This document shows positions 20,358 through 30,601 of a DNA stretch of 64,000 nt, one piece after another. The stretch's first letter is position 1. The number at the start of each line of letters is the position of its first letter. Source of the stretch: an uncultured delta proteobacterium (lineage in GTDB: Bacteria > Myxococcota_A > Polyangia > Polyangiales > B10-G4); NCBI GenBank assembly GCA_963727445.1, contig CAVSGI010000014.1, positions 352,001 through 416,000 on the forward strand, in the 5' to 3' direction. The notes beneath the pieces are model-generated. The model saw nothing but the letters and a program-made list of their open reading frames with translations. It made no database searches and was not told where the DNA came from. Position numbers and translations under genes: made by a program.

Positions 20358-21217
20358 CCGGCCGGCCACGTGAGGACGGGCCCCTCGTCACCGATCGCGA
20401 CGACGAAGTCCATCTGCGCGCCCGCGACCCGTAGCACCTCGCCGTGCTTCAGCGCACGGTTCTCTCGCCCCAGGACGTCGCAGGCGACGAGGAGCGCGTC
20501 GTAGGCGACGTCGATCTCGGCGTCGAAGATCCGGGACGACATGTCCACCGCGACGGGCTCGAAGCCGAAGGGGCTCAGGCCCTGCGCGACGAGCAGGCGC
20601 CGGTCGGCGGTGAAGCCGATGTCCACCCACGCACCGAGGGGCGCGCTGTCGAGATCGGAGACGTCGCCGCTCCACTCGAGCCAGCTGTCGACCGGCACGA
20701 CGACCACGCCCGCGCGCAAGAGGACGACGCCCGTCGCGAGAGGAGCGAGCTTCTGGACGATGGATGTGAGGCGGCGCATGTGGCCGTCCGCGGCCCACGG
20801 GTCGGGGACCGAGGCCGACACGCGGCGCGTGGCGATCTCGACGTCGGGGAGCCCGGCGGAGATGGCGATGAAGCCGTTGCCGAAGTCGAAGCCGTCGTCG
20901 CACAGACGCAGGTCGCCCTCGTCCGCGGGGAACGGCTCACGGCCGACGAGCACTTCCATCTTCCGCCCGCCGGTGTGAAGGCGCGGCGTGGGATCGAATT
21001 CGAGGGTCGCTTCGTCGAGCACGCCCGCGTCCTCGAGGAGCGCGTAGATCCCGTCGGGGCTCAGGTCGGGCGCTTCGTCGAGAAGGACGACCACCGTGCC
21101 GATCTGGAGCGCGCGCTCGACGGCCTCGCCCTGAGGGAGCAGCCCTTCGGGGCGAAGCTCCCGAACCTCGCTTCCGCGACGCCTCTTCGCCCCACCGATC
21201 CAGTCGAGCCACCCCAT
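20345..21217 (-). CDS. Hypothetical protein
   Basis: Long ORF with normal amino-acid composition. Confidence 0.55.
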   Translation of the reverse strand: MGWLDWIGGAKRRRGSEVRELRPEGLLPQGEAVERALQIGTVVVLLDEAPDLSPDGIYALLEDAGVLDEATLEFDPTPRLHTGGRKMEVLVGREPFPADEGDLRLCDDGFDFGNGFIAISAGLPDVEIATRRVSASVPDPWAADGHMRRLTSIVQKLAPLATGVVLLRAGVVVVPVDSWLEWSGDVSDLDSAPLGAWVDIGFTADRRLLVAQGLSPFGFEPVAVDMSSRIFDAEIDVAYDALLVACDVLGRENRALKHGEVLRVAGAQMDFVVAIGDEGPVLTWPAGHIS

Positions 21218-21276
21218 GGCGGTGGATCGATCCCCCCGTGGCCGGCGCGGTCAAGCGTCTTGTCCGGGACCGAGCC

Positions 21277-21972
21277 TCATGGGCAGGTGCCGCGCTGGCA
21301 GACGCCGGTGCAACACGTGGAATTTCCACCGCGGCAGCGGTTTCCGCAGGAGCCGCAGTTGGACGGGTCCGCCGTCAGGTCGAAGTCCTCGTCCACCGAC
21401 CCGTCGCAATCGTCGTCGGCGCCGTTGCACGTTTCGGTGGAGGGCACGCACATCGGCGAGGTGTCGGCGCGGGCATCCGGGGGGCTCGCGTCGGAGACGA
21501 CGCCCCCATCGCTCCGCGGCACGGTGCCGTCCCAATCGGAGAGCGTGCTCGAATCGACGTCCATGCTGCCGCAGGTGCCGGAAGCGAGACAGGTGGTGTC
21601 GCCGGTGCACGCCACACGCGCGCACGCCGAGGCGAGCGTGATGGGCAGCACCAGCACGCGACCTTCGATGAAGTCGAGGCGCGCCTTTCGTTCGACGACC
21701 AGGCTGCCGCCGGCGGAGCCCTGCACGTGCACGAGCACCGGGCCGAGCGGCCCGTTTTCGTGGGCGACGCCGACGGTGCGGGGAAAAGGACGGTCCGCGA
21801 TGCTGCCGCTCGCGCTCTTCAAGTCGCCCGCGGGCGGCGTGACCAGGACCGTCACCGTGTCGAGGCCGCCCACCTCGCTGTCGACGACGACGAAGATCTC
21901 GGTCGGCGTACCGCAGCCGCTGGCCAAGCCCGCGAGCAAGGTGAACGCGGTGATGAGGGCGCGCGCGCTCAA
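21277..21972 (-). CDS. Lipoprotein with C-terminal ETCNGADDDCDG metal-binding and Cys-rich repeat
   Basis: TTG start overlapping the upstream TGA; ASGC lipobox. Confidence 0.65.
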   Translation of the reverse strand: MSARALITAFTLLAGLASGCGTPTEIFVVVDSEVGGLDTVTVLVTPPAGDLKSASGSIADRPFPRTVGVAHENGPLGPVLVHVQGSAGGSLVVERKARLDFIEGRVLVLPITLASACARVACTGDTTCLASGTCGSMDVDSSTLSDWDGTVPRSDGGVVSDASPPDARADTSPMCVPSTETCNGADDDCDGSVDEDFDLTADPSNCGSCGNRCRGGNSTCCTGVCQRGTCP

Positions 21973-22601
21973 AACCGAAGCACTCCGGGCATGAGGTCTC
22001 CTTCGACGGGCGGGCCGGGGGAGCTCGCCACCGCCGCGATCACGACGATGAGCACCACGGCGGCGATCACGCCGCCGCCGACCCACCACGCCCAGGCCGG
22101 GATCGCGAAGCCGCCTCCGTCCTCCTCATCCTCGCCCGCGTCCTGCAGGGGCTCTGTTTGGTACGCGTCATCGGCGCTGTCGGCGTCATCCGCGTCATCC
22201 GCGTCGTCGGCGACGAGGTAGTTGTCCTCGTGCTCCGTCTCTCCCATGGCGCTGGGCCTCGCGGCCGGCTCGATGCGAATGGGGCCCTCGCTCACCGCCC
22301 GTGGCGGCGCCACGTCGAGCTCGACGTGCACGTCGCCTCCGCGCGGCACCTCCGCGTCGGCGGAGGAGACGACCTCACCGTCGCGTCGCGCTTCGACGAG
22401 GTGTGAGCCGAGCTCGACGCGCGTCGGCCGGCCCCAGTGTTCACGGGTGAGGAGCTGGCCGTCGACCAGCACCTGCACGCCGTCGGTGTCTCCGCTGACC
22501 TCGACGATCAGCCGCCCGTGCACGCGTTCGAGGCGGCCCTGCGCTCGGGCGGTCGTGGTCGCGCTGGCGAGCACCAGCACGGTGAGGATGGCGGCGCGCA
22601 T
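21969..22601 (-). CDS. PEGA-like domain exported protein
   Basis: Signal peptide, VLVDG...GSHLVEARRDG, acidic linker, C-terminal WWVGGG TM segment. Confidence 0.7.
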   Translation of the reverse strand: MRAAILTVLVLASATTTARAQGRLERVHGRLIVEVSGDTDGVQVLVDGQLLTREHWGRPTRVELGSHLVEARRDGEVVSSADAEVPRGGDVHVELDVAPPRAVSEGPIRIEPAARPSAMGETEHEDNYLVADDADDADDADSADDAYQTEPLQDAGEDEEDGGGFAIPAWAWWVGGGVIAAVVLIVVIAAVASSPGPPVEGDLMPGVLRF

Positions 22602-22618
22602 CGCCTACGAGCTTACAC

Positions 22619-24070
22619 TCATTGCCCGTCGTCGTTCTCGTCGTCGTCCTCGTCGTCGTCACTTTGGCCCGGAAGCGGGCGCTCGGTGCCGCGCCAGCCC
22701 CCGCCCAGGGCCTGGTAGAGCGTCACGGTCGCGATCATCTGGCGCTGCTTCATCTCGATCAGCTCCATCTGAGCCTCGAGGGAGTCGCGCCGGGTGGTCA
22801 GCACTTCGAGGTAGTCGGCGCGCGCCGAGTTGAAGAGCCGCATCGCGATGTCGATCGATTCGATCAGGCGGTCGACCTGCTGCTGCTTCAGCTCGTAGCT
22901 CTGGGCGATGTTTCGGATCAGCGCGACGCGGTTGCTGACCTCGATGAAGGCCGTGAGGATCGCGCGCTCGTATTGTAGGACGGCCTGCATCTGACGCGAG
23001 TTGGCGGAGTAGTAGTCCGCCCTCAGGCCTGTTCGGTTGAGCAGAGGCGCGAAGACGCTGGCGAAGAGCCCGTAGAGGAGCGAGTCCGGCGTGTTGACCA
23101 GCTTGGTGATGTCGTAGGACTGGTACCCGATCACCCCTTCGATCCCCAGCGTCGGATAGAAGGCGGCCCGCGCCGCGGAGACGTCGAGCTGCGCGGCCTC
23201 GAGCTGGAGCTCCGCCTGAAGCACGTCGGGGCGATTTTCGAGGAGATCCGACGGCACGCCGACGCTGATCGCCGGCGGCTCGAGGTCCATGAATCCGGCG
23301 GTGGAGCGCTCGACCGGCTGCGGGAAGCGGCCCACCAGGAAATTGATGCGGTTCTCGGCCTCGACGATCTGCTGCTGGATCGTGTACTGACGGCTCTGGT
23401 AGTTGCGCAACTCGGCCTCGAACCTCGCCACCGCGAGGGAGGTCGTCCGCGCCGCCTGCAGCTGCAATCGCACGATCTGCAGCGAGTTCTCCATGAGCGC
23501 GATGTTGTTCTGGACCACCTCGAGCTGCCGATCGAGGGCCATCAGCTCGTAGTAGCTGCTCGCGATCTCCGTCACCAAACGGGTGACCATGAAGTTCCGC
23601 CCCTGCATGCTGGCGAGGTAGCGGTAGACCGCCGCGTTGGCGAGATTCCTGAGGCGTCCCCAGATGTCGATCTCCCAGCCTGCGTAGAGACCGAAGGAGT
23701 AGCTCTGCAGGTTGTCCGGGATGTCGAGATTCTCGTCGCTCTGGCCCTGGCTGGTGAACTGCCCGACGTGCTCGACGCCGGCCCCCGCCCCGAAACCGAG
23801 ACGCGGCAGGTACTCGCCGCGGGCCGCCAGGATCTCGTTGTTGGTGATCAGGATCTCCTGAACGGTGATGTTCAGCTCCTGGTTGTTGTCGAGCGCGGTA
23901 TCGATCAACGCGACGAGATGCGGGTCGGTGAAGAACGTCTGCCACTCCACGAGCCCGGAGTTCGAGGAGTCGCGAAGGCCTGCGAAGGCGTCGGGGACGT
24001 TGGTGTTGGGATCGCGCGCTGCCCCCTGCGGCAGCGACGGCGCGCAGCTCGCCAGGATCAGCGAAGTCAT
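22619..24070 (-). CDS. TolC/NodT family outer-membrane efflux lipoprotein (start uncertain, ORF open to 24241)
   Basis: LASC lipobox, WQTFFTDPHL..LIDTALDNNQEL, WEIDIWGRLR, LLENRPDV, LYQALGGGW. Confidence 0.92.
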   Translation of the reverse strand: MTSLILASCAPSLPQGAARDPNTNVPDAFAGLRDSSNSGLVEWQTFFTDPHLVALIDTALDNNQELNITVQEILITNNEILAARGEYLPRLGFGAGAGVEHVGQFTSQGQSDENLDIPDNLQSYSFGLYAGWEIDIWGRLRNLANAAVYRYLASMQGRNFMVTRLVTEIASSYYELMALDRQLEVVQNNIALMENSLQIVRLQLQAARTTSLAVARFEAELRNYQSRQYTIQQQIVEAENRINFLVGRFPQPVERSTAGFMDLEPPAISVGVPSDLLENRPDVLQAELQLEAAQLDVSAARAAFYPTLGIEGVIGYQSYDITKLVNTPDSLLYGLFASVFAPLLNRTGLRADYYSANSRQMQAVLQYERAILTAFIEVSNRVALIRNIAQSYELKQQQVDRLIESIDIAMRLFNSARADYLEVLTTRRDSLEAQMELIEMKQRQMIATVTLYQALGGGWRGTERPLPGQSDDDEDDDENDDGQ

Positions 24071-24252
24071 CCCGAGGGCGATGGCGCGCTGAAACGAACG
24101 AGACCTCCAAATGGAGCTCGTGGACCCCCCCAACTTGGTTCTGTTCGAAGATGATTGGCGCACAGCGGTCTTCGGATAGGCCCGACGACCACAATGGTCA
24201 AGCATGTTTAGACGGCACAAGTGCTCGTCACAAAAGGACAAAGCGCGTCATT

Positions 24253-24281
24253 GGGGAAATTTCCCCGGGGAGAATCTCCCC
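24253..24281. promoter_or_regulatory. Two abutting palindromes upstream of the TolC gene (possible operator)
   Basis: GGGGAAATTTCCCC followed directly by GGGGAGA-A-TCTCCCC. Confidence 0.35.
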
Positions 24282-24365
24282 ACTGCTCAAATGCACCGAA
24301 GGGGACTGAAATTGCCGCCCCCCCTTGGCTGGGGCAGGACGCGCAAGAAGTGTACAGCGCTTACC

Positions 24366-25062
24366 TCAGCGCGGCGCGATCCCCTCGCCACTCCGCACGC
24401 GCTTCTTCACTGCCCCGAAGTCGGCGAACCCGTCCACGGCGACGATTGGGTTGCCCGCTTCGTCCTCCTCGTCGTAGGTCGTGAGCAGCGCCCGATCCAC
24501 CAACTCGAGCACCCTCGGATCGTCCAAGCCGATCATCTCGACCGTGTTCTTGGCTTCGATGCGGTACGGGTTGCCGATCGCATGGTCCGCCTCGAAGGTT
24601 CCGCCGACCTCGAAGTGGTGCTCCTCCGGGTAGAAGAGCCCTGCGCGGACGTCTCCCGAAACGAGGGCCGAACAGTCGTTGTAGTCGCCCACGAGATGCC
24701 CGGTGACCGACAGGTCTCCGTGCACCTCGAGCCACCCCGCGGTCACCACGTCGCGCGCCTTCATCGACCCCGTCACGAGCAGGTGCGACTCCGGGTCGTC
24801 GTAGTCCGAGTAGCACCCGTCGACGATCGAGATCCCCGCGCACGAACAGGACGTAGGCCCCCTCGCGGGCGAGGTCGAGGTCGCCTTCGACGTGCAGGTC
24901 GGAATCCACGACGAAGATGTCGGCCTGGTAGTGCTCGAGCTCGTCGATGCCGCTCCGCACTGCCGCCACCAGGTAGTCGCGACGAAAGAGCCCCGCCAGC
25001 TCCTTTGCCTCGTCCAACGACGAGGTGCCCTGCTTCACGCTGCGTGCGTTCGAAATCGTCAT
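24366..25062 (-). CDS. Hypothetical protein with VxGDLxVxG beta-helix repeats (one +1 frameshift near 24828)
   Basis: Removing one G in GAT CTC G ATC GTC joins two ORFs: ...LHVEGDL..FVRGDLIVDG..LVTGSM..EVHGDLSVTG..VSGDV. Confidence 0.65.
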
Positions 25063-25527
25063 CGCCCGAGTCTGCCCAACTCGTGCCCTCCGAGCGAGGA
25101 TTTCGGCAACGGACCAGGCGGAGGAGATCCGAACCTGGGTGGCGCCCGCCGTGCCGGTTCACGACATCGACGACGCTGAACGACTCACCATTTTCGAAAG
25201 GTGCTGCGTCGCGCGCGGTCAGCTCCGCGCCGTCGAACGATCCGCCTCCCCGTAAAGGAATTGGGCGGATCGGGCGGGTTGTGGAAGTGCTTGGGATTGC
25301 TTGGTTAGCGAAATGATAACCGGGAGTTGAACCGCATCACCGTGTCACGGGACGTCACGCGAGATCACGTCATCGCCCAGAGTGATGTCAACCACGCGTC
25401 AACGGGATCGGTCGTCCGGCGGTGCGCGACGCGGATCAGATTCGCGATGGGGACCCGCTGAAGAAGAGTCTTCGCGCGATCGAACACTTGGCCGCGTACG
25501 CCACGACCTACCGCTATCCGTTTCCCG

Positions 25528-26809
25528 TCAGGCAGACGGATTCGAGCACCCTTCCGAGGAAGAGGAGCTCTCCCGTCGGTCGGTCCACGATGAAATAGAG
25601 GAACGGACGGTCCAGGGCGATCTCGGCTGGCTCGGGCGCACTGACTCGGCCCACGACCACGGCGGTCGCGGCGGCCGCTTCGGTGCCGGCCTCGTTCACG
25701 GCGATGAACGCCTTGTGGAGCACGGATTGGATGAAAAGGGTGTGCGTCCCGTCCATTCCCGAGAAATCGGCGGCGCCCGAGAACGCATCCGTCATCCCGA
25801 GGGCCATCAGCGCGTCGTTCAGCCCGAACGCGGACTCGTACTCGAACTTCGGCATGGTCACCGCCACTCTGTAGTCCGAGAGCTCGCTCATGATCGTCTG
25901 ATAGGTCGTCTCGTTCAGGCCCGCTTCGATCTCGTCGAATCGTCCCTCGTCAGGAAGAACGAGCACCATCGCGAGATCCGGCTCGTCGTACGCGAGCTCG
26001 ACGACGCGATAGCCCTCCCCTTCGGCGTAGCGATGCTCTTCGTCCTGGAACATCATCGGCACCGTCACCGTGTTTCCATCGAGGCGCGTGAACGCGCCGT
26101 CGTCGGTGTTGCTCTCCTCGAAGGGCTGGTTCCAGGCCGCGTTGAAGTAGATCGCGTTGGTGAGCACGAGCGTGGTGATCGGTGTGATGACGCCCATCGG
26201 GATGAGCTCCTGGATTCGGTTCTCGGTCCGCTCCTCCACCCAGTCGTTGATCACCATGCGCGAGCCTTCGGGATCGCTGCTGAAGTCGAGGAGGTACATA
26301 GGCGCGCCGTAGTTCTCCCCGAGGACGTCCAGGTAGCTGGGCAGGAACGTGTATCCCGTCTGGCCCCATGTCGCGTTGACGACGTTCAGGCGGAACGGCC
26401 CGTCGTCGCTTCCGCTCGCCTCGTCGCCCCGCGACATCAGCGCGAGGTCCGTCGCGTTCAGAGCGGGGTGCAGTCGCGCCTCGTCGATGAAATGCATCAC
26501 GTCACGCATCTGCGTCTCGGTGTTGCCCTCCGCACCGGCGTAGGTCATCGCGAGCGCGACCGAGATGCTGTAAGGCGACATGAAGAGGTTGCCATCCTCG
26601 TCCCGAAGCTCGCTGTACAAGTCGAACGCGAAGGCGCGGTTGCCCTCGGCCACCGCGTCGATGTCCGTCGCGGGAACGTCGGGGGAGGTAATCCTCGCCA
26701 TCTCGGACCGGAGCACGGTGGCGCCCACCGGGTCCGTAGGAGCCTCTTCGTCGCCGCAGGCGGCCAGCATCAGAAATGCCAAGAGCGAAGTCGTCGTGTA
26801 TCGCGTCAT
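25528..26809 (-). CDS. Serpin (serine protease inhibitor), lipoprotein
   Basis: LAAC lipobox; FAFDLY, NLFMSPYSIS, LVLTNAIYFNAAW, MPKF, hinge EAGTEAAAATA, DRPFLYFI; a +1 base near 25542 turns the expected GRVL(D/N)PSA* into a read-through to 25514. Confidence 0.95.
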
Positions 26810-27211
26810 GTGGGTGAAATAGGCGCCCCTCTCGGCGCGACAACTCGGTCCCACCTTGCCCCCGGATCTCACGTGAGTACTTCCAAGTGACGTTCGAACG
26901 GAGGGGCGATGGGCAAGCGGGCAATGTCCATACTCAAGGGCATCGACGCGAGTGGGGAAGCTGTGACGACTGCGGAGCCGGACGCGGCGTCGCTGCAGCT
27001 CCCGGAGTCGGCCACCGCGATGTCGGCATCGTGTCGTGCCATCTGTCCTTCGTGGCGGCGGATCTCCCTCGAGGTGCGCTTCGACCCGCTCGCGCTCCCG
27101 ATCGAGAGCGGCCGCGATCACGTCCTTCTGGGCTTCCAACGCGCGGAGCCAGCGCTCACCGTCCACCGCCCAGCCCCGATGCTCGTTGAGCCAGTGGGAA
27201 AGGACCGAGCA

Positions 27212-28135
27212 ATGTTCGTCTATGCCCTGTTCTGGGACGAAGAATCCGCCGCGACCGCGACGCAGAACCTCCTCGATGCGCACTTCGCAGCGGAGGACAT
27301 CAGCGTGCTGCTCCAGCATGAGGTGTCCGTCGAGGAGTCCGGGCTCGAGCACAAGACCGGCATCCCCCGTGGGGCGGCGATCGGCGGCGTCCTCGGCGCG
27401 GTCGGCGGCGCTCTCACGATCCCGTTCTCGGGGTGGCTCGCCGTCGGCCCGATCCTCGCGGTGCTGAAGGGCGCTTTCTTCGGGGGCGCGACCGGGACGC
27501 TCGCCGGCGTGATGGGCGGCCTCGGGTTCTGGCACGAGGACATCGGTCACGAAAACGAAGAGGAGATTCAGAAGGGCGCAGTGCTCGTCGGTGTCACGAC
27601 ACGCGAGCGGGCGGACATCGTCGAGGAGGCGCTCCAGAAGGCGGGCGCGTTGAACGTTCACCGGGGCAGCAAGGCCGAGGCGGCCGAGGACGTGCGCCTG
27701 CGAGGAAGGTTGGTGGAAGACCACCGCACGATTGATGACAATCTCGCGCAGGTGGCGAACGCTGCCAACGCGGGAGACTTCGACCTGATGGACCAGGCCT
27801 TGAGGAGAGTCGAAGTGCACCTTCGCGGCCACCTCGACGGTGAAGAGAAGTACCTCTTCGGGCGCTTCGAGAAGGAGCACCCGGTCGAGATCGCGGAGCT
27901 CAGAGCCGAGCACGCGCAGTTCCTGGAGACGTTGGAGAAGCTCGAGATCGACGCCGAGCTTCACGCCCTCCGAAGGGGGCGCATCGACGACTTCATCGCG
28001 GCGCTCCGCGCGCACTCCCAGCGCGAGGACGCCAAGCTCTATCAATGGGCGGAGGCGCTTCCGGAGCCTTCCAAGCGCTTGATGTCCAGCTTCCTCTTGG
28101 GGCTGCGCGCGCGTCTACAGGGTGTCGAGAAATAG
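27212..28135 (+). CDS. General-stress (YflT/17M-like, glycine-zipper) domain fused to a hemerythrin domain
   Basis: GAAIGGVLGAVGG...GPILA...GAVLVGV; then DH, HLDGEE, EH, HSQRED hemerythrin ligand pattern; AAAGGA RBS. Confidence 0.75.
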   Translation: MFVYALFWDEESAATATQNLLDAHFAAEDISVLLQHEVSVEESGLEHKTGIPRGAAIGGVLGAVGGALTIPFSGWLAVGPILAVLKGAFFGGATGTLAGVMGGLGFWHEDIGHENEEEIQKGAVLVGVTTRERADIVEEALQKAGALNVHRGSKAEAAEDVRLRGRLVEDHRTIDDNLAQVANAANAGDFDLMDQALRRVEVHLRGHLDGEEKYLFGRFEKEHPVEIAELRAEHAQFLETLEKLEIDAELHALRRGRIDDFIAALRAHSQREDAKLYQWAEALPEPSKRLMSSFLLGLRARLQGVEK

Positions 28136-28199
28136 AGCTGCGCGTTCTTCTTGCCGAGCTCGGCGGGAGGCTGCTCGACGGCCGGACGCAGTGATTGTG

Positions 28200-28518
28200 G
28201 CGACGCGCTCCCCCAGCCCACCTTCCCGAGATGGGCAGCGACGCGCACCGCGCTCGCGTTCGGCGTCGGCGTGCCGTCGAAGGACTCGAAGCTCGGGTGG
28301 ACGGCGAGGTCCTCCCTGCCTCTGCGGAACGCATAGAGGTGACAGTCCTCCCAGCCGAAGGCGTCCTGGATCGCGGCATGGAGCTGCGCGAACGAGGATT
28401 CCACCGGCAAGCTGATCCGCCGCCAGACGTCGGTGTGGCGGAGCTGTACGTGGAAGACGAAGCGCCTCGCCATCCGCGCGCGAGGCTCGGCGGCGGGCGA
28501 GAACTGGAGCCTAGCCAT
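28200..28518 (-). pseudogene. Truncated plasmid pRiA4b ORF-3 family gene
   Basis: VWRRISLP...FAQLHAAIQDAFGWEDCHLYAF present; the conserved C-terminal YxYDFGDxW half is missing. Confidence 0.7.
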
Positions 28519-29074
28519 CGTCCGGCGTCATCCGATCCCGACTACTGGGCGACGTGGACAGGAAGCGCTGAACGCCGCATTGACTGGCCGTCGATCGCGG
28601 AAGAGTGGTCGTCGGGCGAAGGCTCCGAGTAACGCACGAGGAACCGTCCCCGATGCCGCAACGGTGCTGCGCACACGACCGGGCGGTGTCGGGGAGGCGC
28701 GCGGCGAGCTTGAGCACTGGCGGACTACCAGGGACCCCGTCGAGTGTTGCGAAAGTGATGCTCCTTTCCGCACCTCTCGCAGGCATACCCACGAGCACCG
28801 GCGTAACGCATCCCGCCCTTGAACGAGCACCGAGCGCACTCGATTTTGTGGGTGCTCCATTCTGGTGGCGGCGATTGTCGGATATCCTCTGCGAGGAGCA
28901 CGAGAGCGCGGTGGAGCCGCTGGCGAAAGGGGCTTGCGTAGAGCTTCGGGGGTTCGGAATCGGACACGTCTTGAGGACTGACGGCGCCCTCGGGAACTGA
29001 CAGGACCGCCCGCCCCGTGCCTACCCCACCTTCCTCGTCGACACCCACACCCGGAACGGGATCACCAACGCAGA

Positions 29075-29101
29075 ACGCCCCCAGGGATTGCCTGGAGGCG
29101 T
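29075..29101 (-). terminator. Hairpin downstream of the tRNA
   Basis: Minus strand ACGCCTCCAGG-CAATC-CCTGGGGGCGT followed by TCTGCGTT. Confidence 0.55.
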
Positions 29102-29114
29102 CGTACGATTCCGT

Positions 29115-29191
<77 letters not shown>

Positions 29192-29293
29192 ATATTGGGA
29201 GCCGGAACATAGCCGGATTCATGGGGGTGTCAAGGGTTGGGGGCGGGCCTTTGGATCGCGGGAAAAGCCCTGCGAACGTGGTAGCTTTTCGGC

Positions 29294-30598
29294 GTGGAGC
29301 TCGGGCTCGCTGCTGCTGGGACCTTGGAAGGGCGCGTGCTCGGGCGCTACCACCTGCGCCACAAGCTGGCCGAGGGCGGGATGGCCACGGTCTACCTGGC
29401 GCAGATCCACGGCGAGCACGGATTTTCGCGGTGGGTGGCGGTCAAGGTGGTCCACCCGGAGCAGTCCCACGACCAGAGCTTCGCGACGATGCTCGCCGAC
29501 GAAGCCCGGCTGATCGCCCGGATCCACCATCCCAACGTCTGCTCCGTGATGGATTTCGGGATGGACGCCGGACAGCTCTATCTGGTGATGGAGTATCTGC
29601 ACGGCGAGACGCTGAGCGCGGCCGCCAAGCGCGCCCAGGCCGACGGTCGAACGCTCCCGGCGTGGATCGCTGCGCGCGCCCTCGCGGATGCCGCTCGGGG
29701 CCTGGACGCCGCGCACGAGCTCACGGACGAGGTCGGCAACTCCCTCGAGCTCGTCCACCGCGACGTGTCCCAGGGCAACGTGCTCGTCAGCTACGACGGC
29801 CCGGCGAAGGTGATCGACTTCGGTGTGGTGCGGGCCCGGGGACGCGAGACCAAAACGGCGATCGGTACCGTCAAAGGGAAGATCACTCACATGGCGCCGG
29901 AGCAGCTCCGGGGCGAAGAGGTCGACCGCCGCGCCGATGTCTGGTCGCTGGGGGTGACCCTCTGGGAGACCACCCTCGGTCGCAAGCTCTTCCGAGGCGA
30001 CAGCCCCGCCGAGACCATGATCGCGGTGGCCCGCGGTCCCATCCCGAAGCCGAGCGAGGTCTACCCCAACTACCCGCCGGCCCTCGAGAAGATCGTGATG
30101 AAGGCCCTCACCCGGGACGTCGATAAACGCACCCCGACGGCGCGGGCCTTCGCCCACCAGCTCGAGGCCTACCTCTACAGCCTGGGCAACCCCACGGGCC
30201 ACGCCGAGGTGTCGCGATGGATGAAGCGCACCTTCAGCGATCGTCTCATCGTGCGCGACACGCTGATGACGGCACCCGAAGACAGCGCACCCATCGATTA
30301 CGGCCCCCTCCGCGACGAGCTGTCGCAGAGCAACATCCTCAGCGGCCAGGTGGGCAGCGGCTCCTTCATGCCGCCGGCCATCGAGAGTCCCACCGGCATC
30401 ACCTCGGTCGAGCTCCCCGCCGCTCCGAAGACCCCACAGCCGCAAGCCAGCCAGGATCAGGATCTGGGCGAGCACATCGACGAGACCATGGCCGAGCTCC
30501 GAAAGCAGAACCGCCGCCGCGGCACGGTGGTGACCCTGCTCTTGCTCCTGGTGCTCGGGCTCGGCGCCGCGGCGGCGTACTTCGCGACCCAGGGCTAG
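29294..30598 (+). CDS. Membrane-anchored Hanks-type Ser/Thr protein kinase
   Basis: LAEGGMATV, VAVK, HRDVSQGN, DFG, MAPE, DVWSLG; C-terminal TM segment. Confidence 0.93.
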   Translation: MELGLAAAGTLEGRVLGRYHLRHKLAEGGMATVYLAQIHGEHGFSRWVAVKVVHPEQSHDQSFATMLADEARLIARIHHPNVCSVMDFGMDAGQLYLVMEYLHGETLSAAAKRAQADGRTLPAWIAARALADAARGLDAAHELTDEVGNSLELVHRDVSQGNVLVSYDGPAKVIDFGVVRARGRETKTAIGTVKGKITHMAPEQLRGEEVDRRADVWSLGVTLWETTLGRKLFRGDSPAETMIAVARGPIPKPSEVYPNYPPALEKIVMKALTRDVDKRTPTARAFAHQLEAYLYSLGNPTGHAEVSRWMKRTFSDRLIVRDTLMTAPEDSAPIDYGPLRDELSQSNILSGQVGSGSFMPPAIESPTGITSVELPAAPKTPQPQASQDQDLGEHIDETMAELRKQNRRRGTVVTLLLLLVLGLGAAAAYFATQG

Positions 30599-30601
30599 CG
30601 C

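Noticed and set aside
25300..25312. att duplication of the tRNA-fMet 3' end
   Set aside because: Only TGGTT plus a gapped GCG matches, too short to call an att site.
26909..27211. N-terminal extension of the hemerythrin fusion, or a separate gene
   Set aside because: Atypical composition and no motif; a good RBS and ATG exist at 27212.
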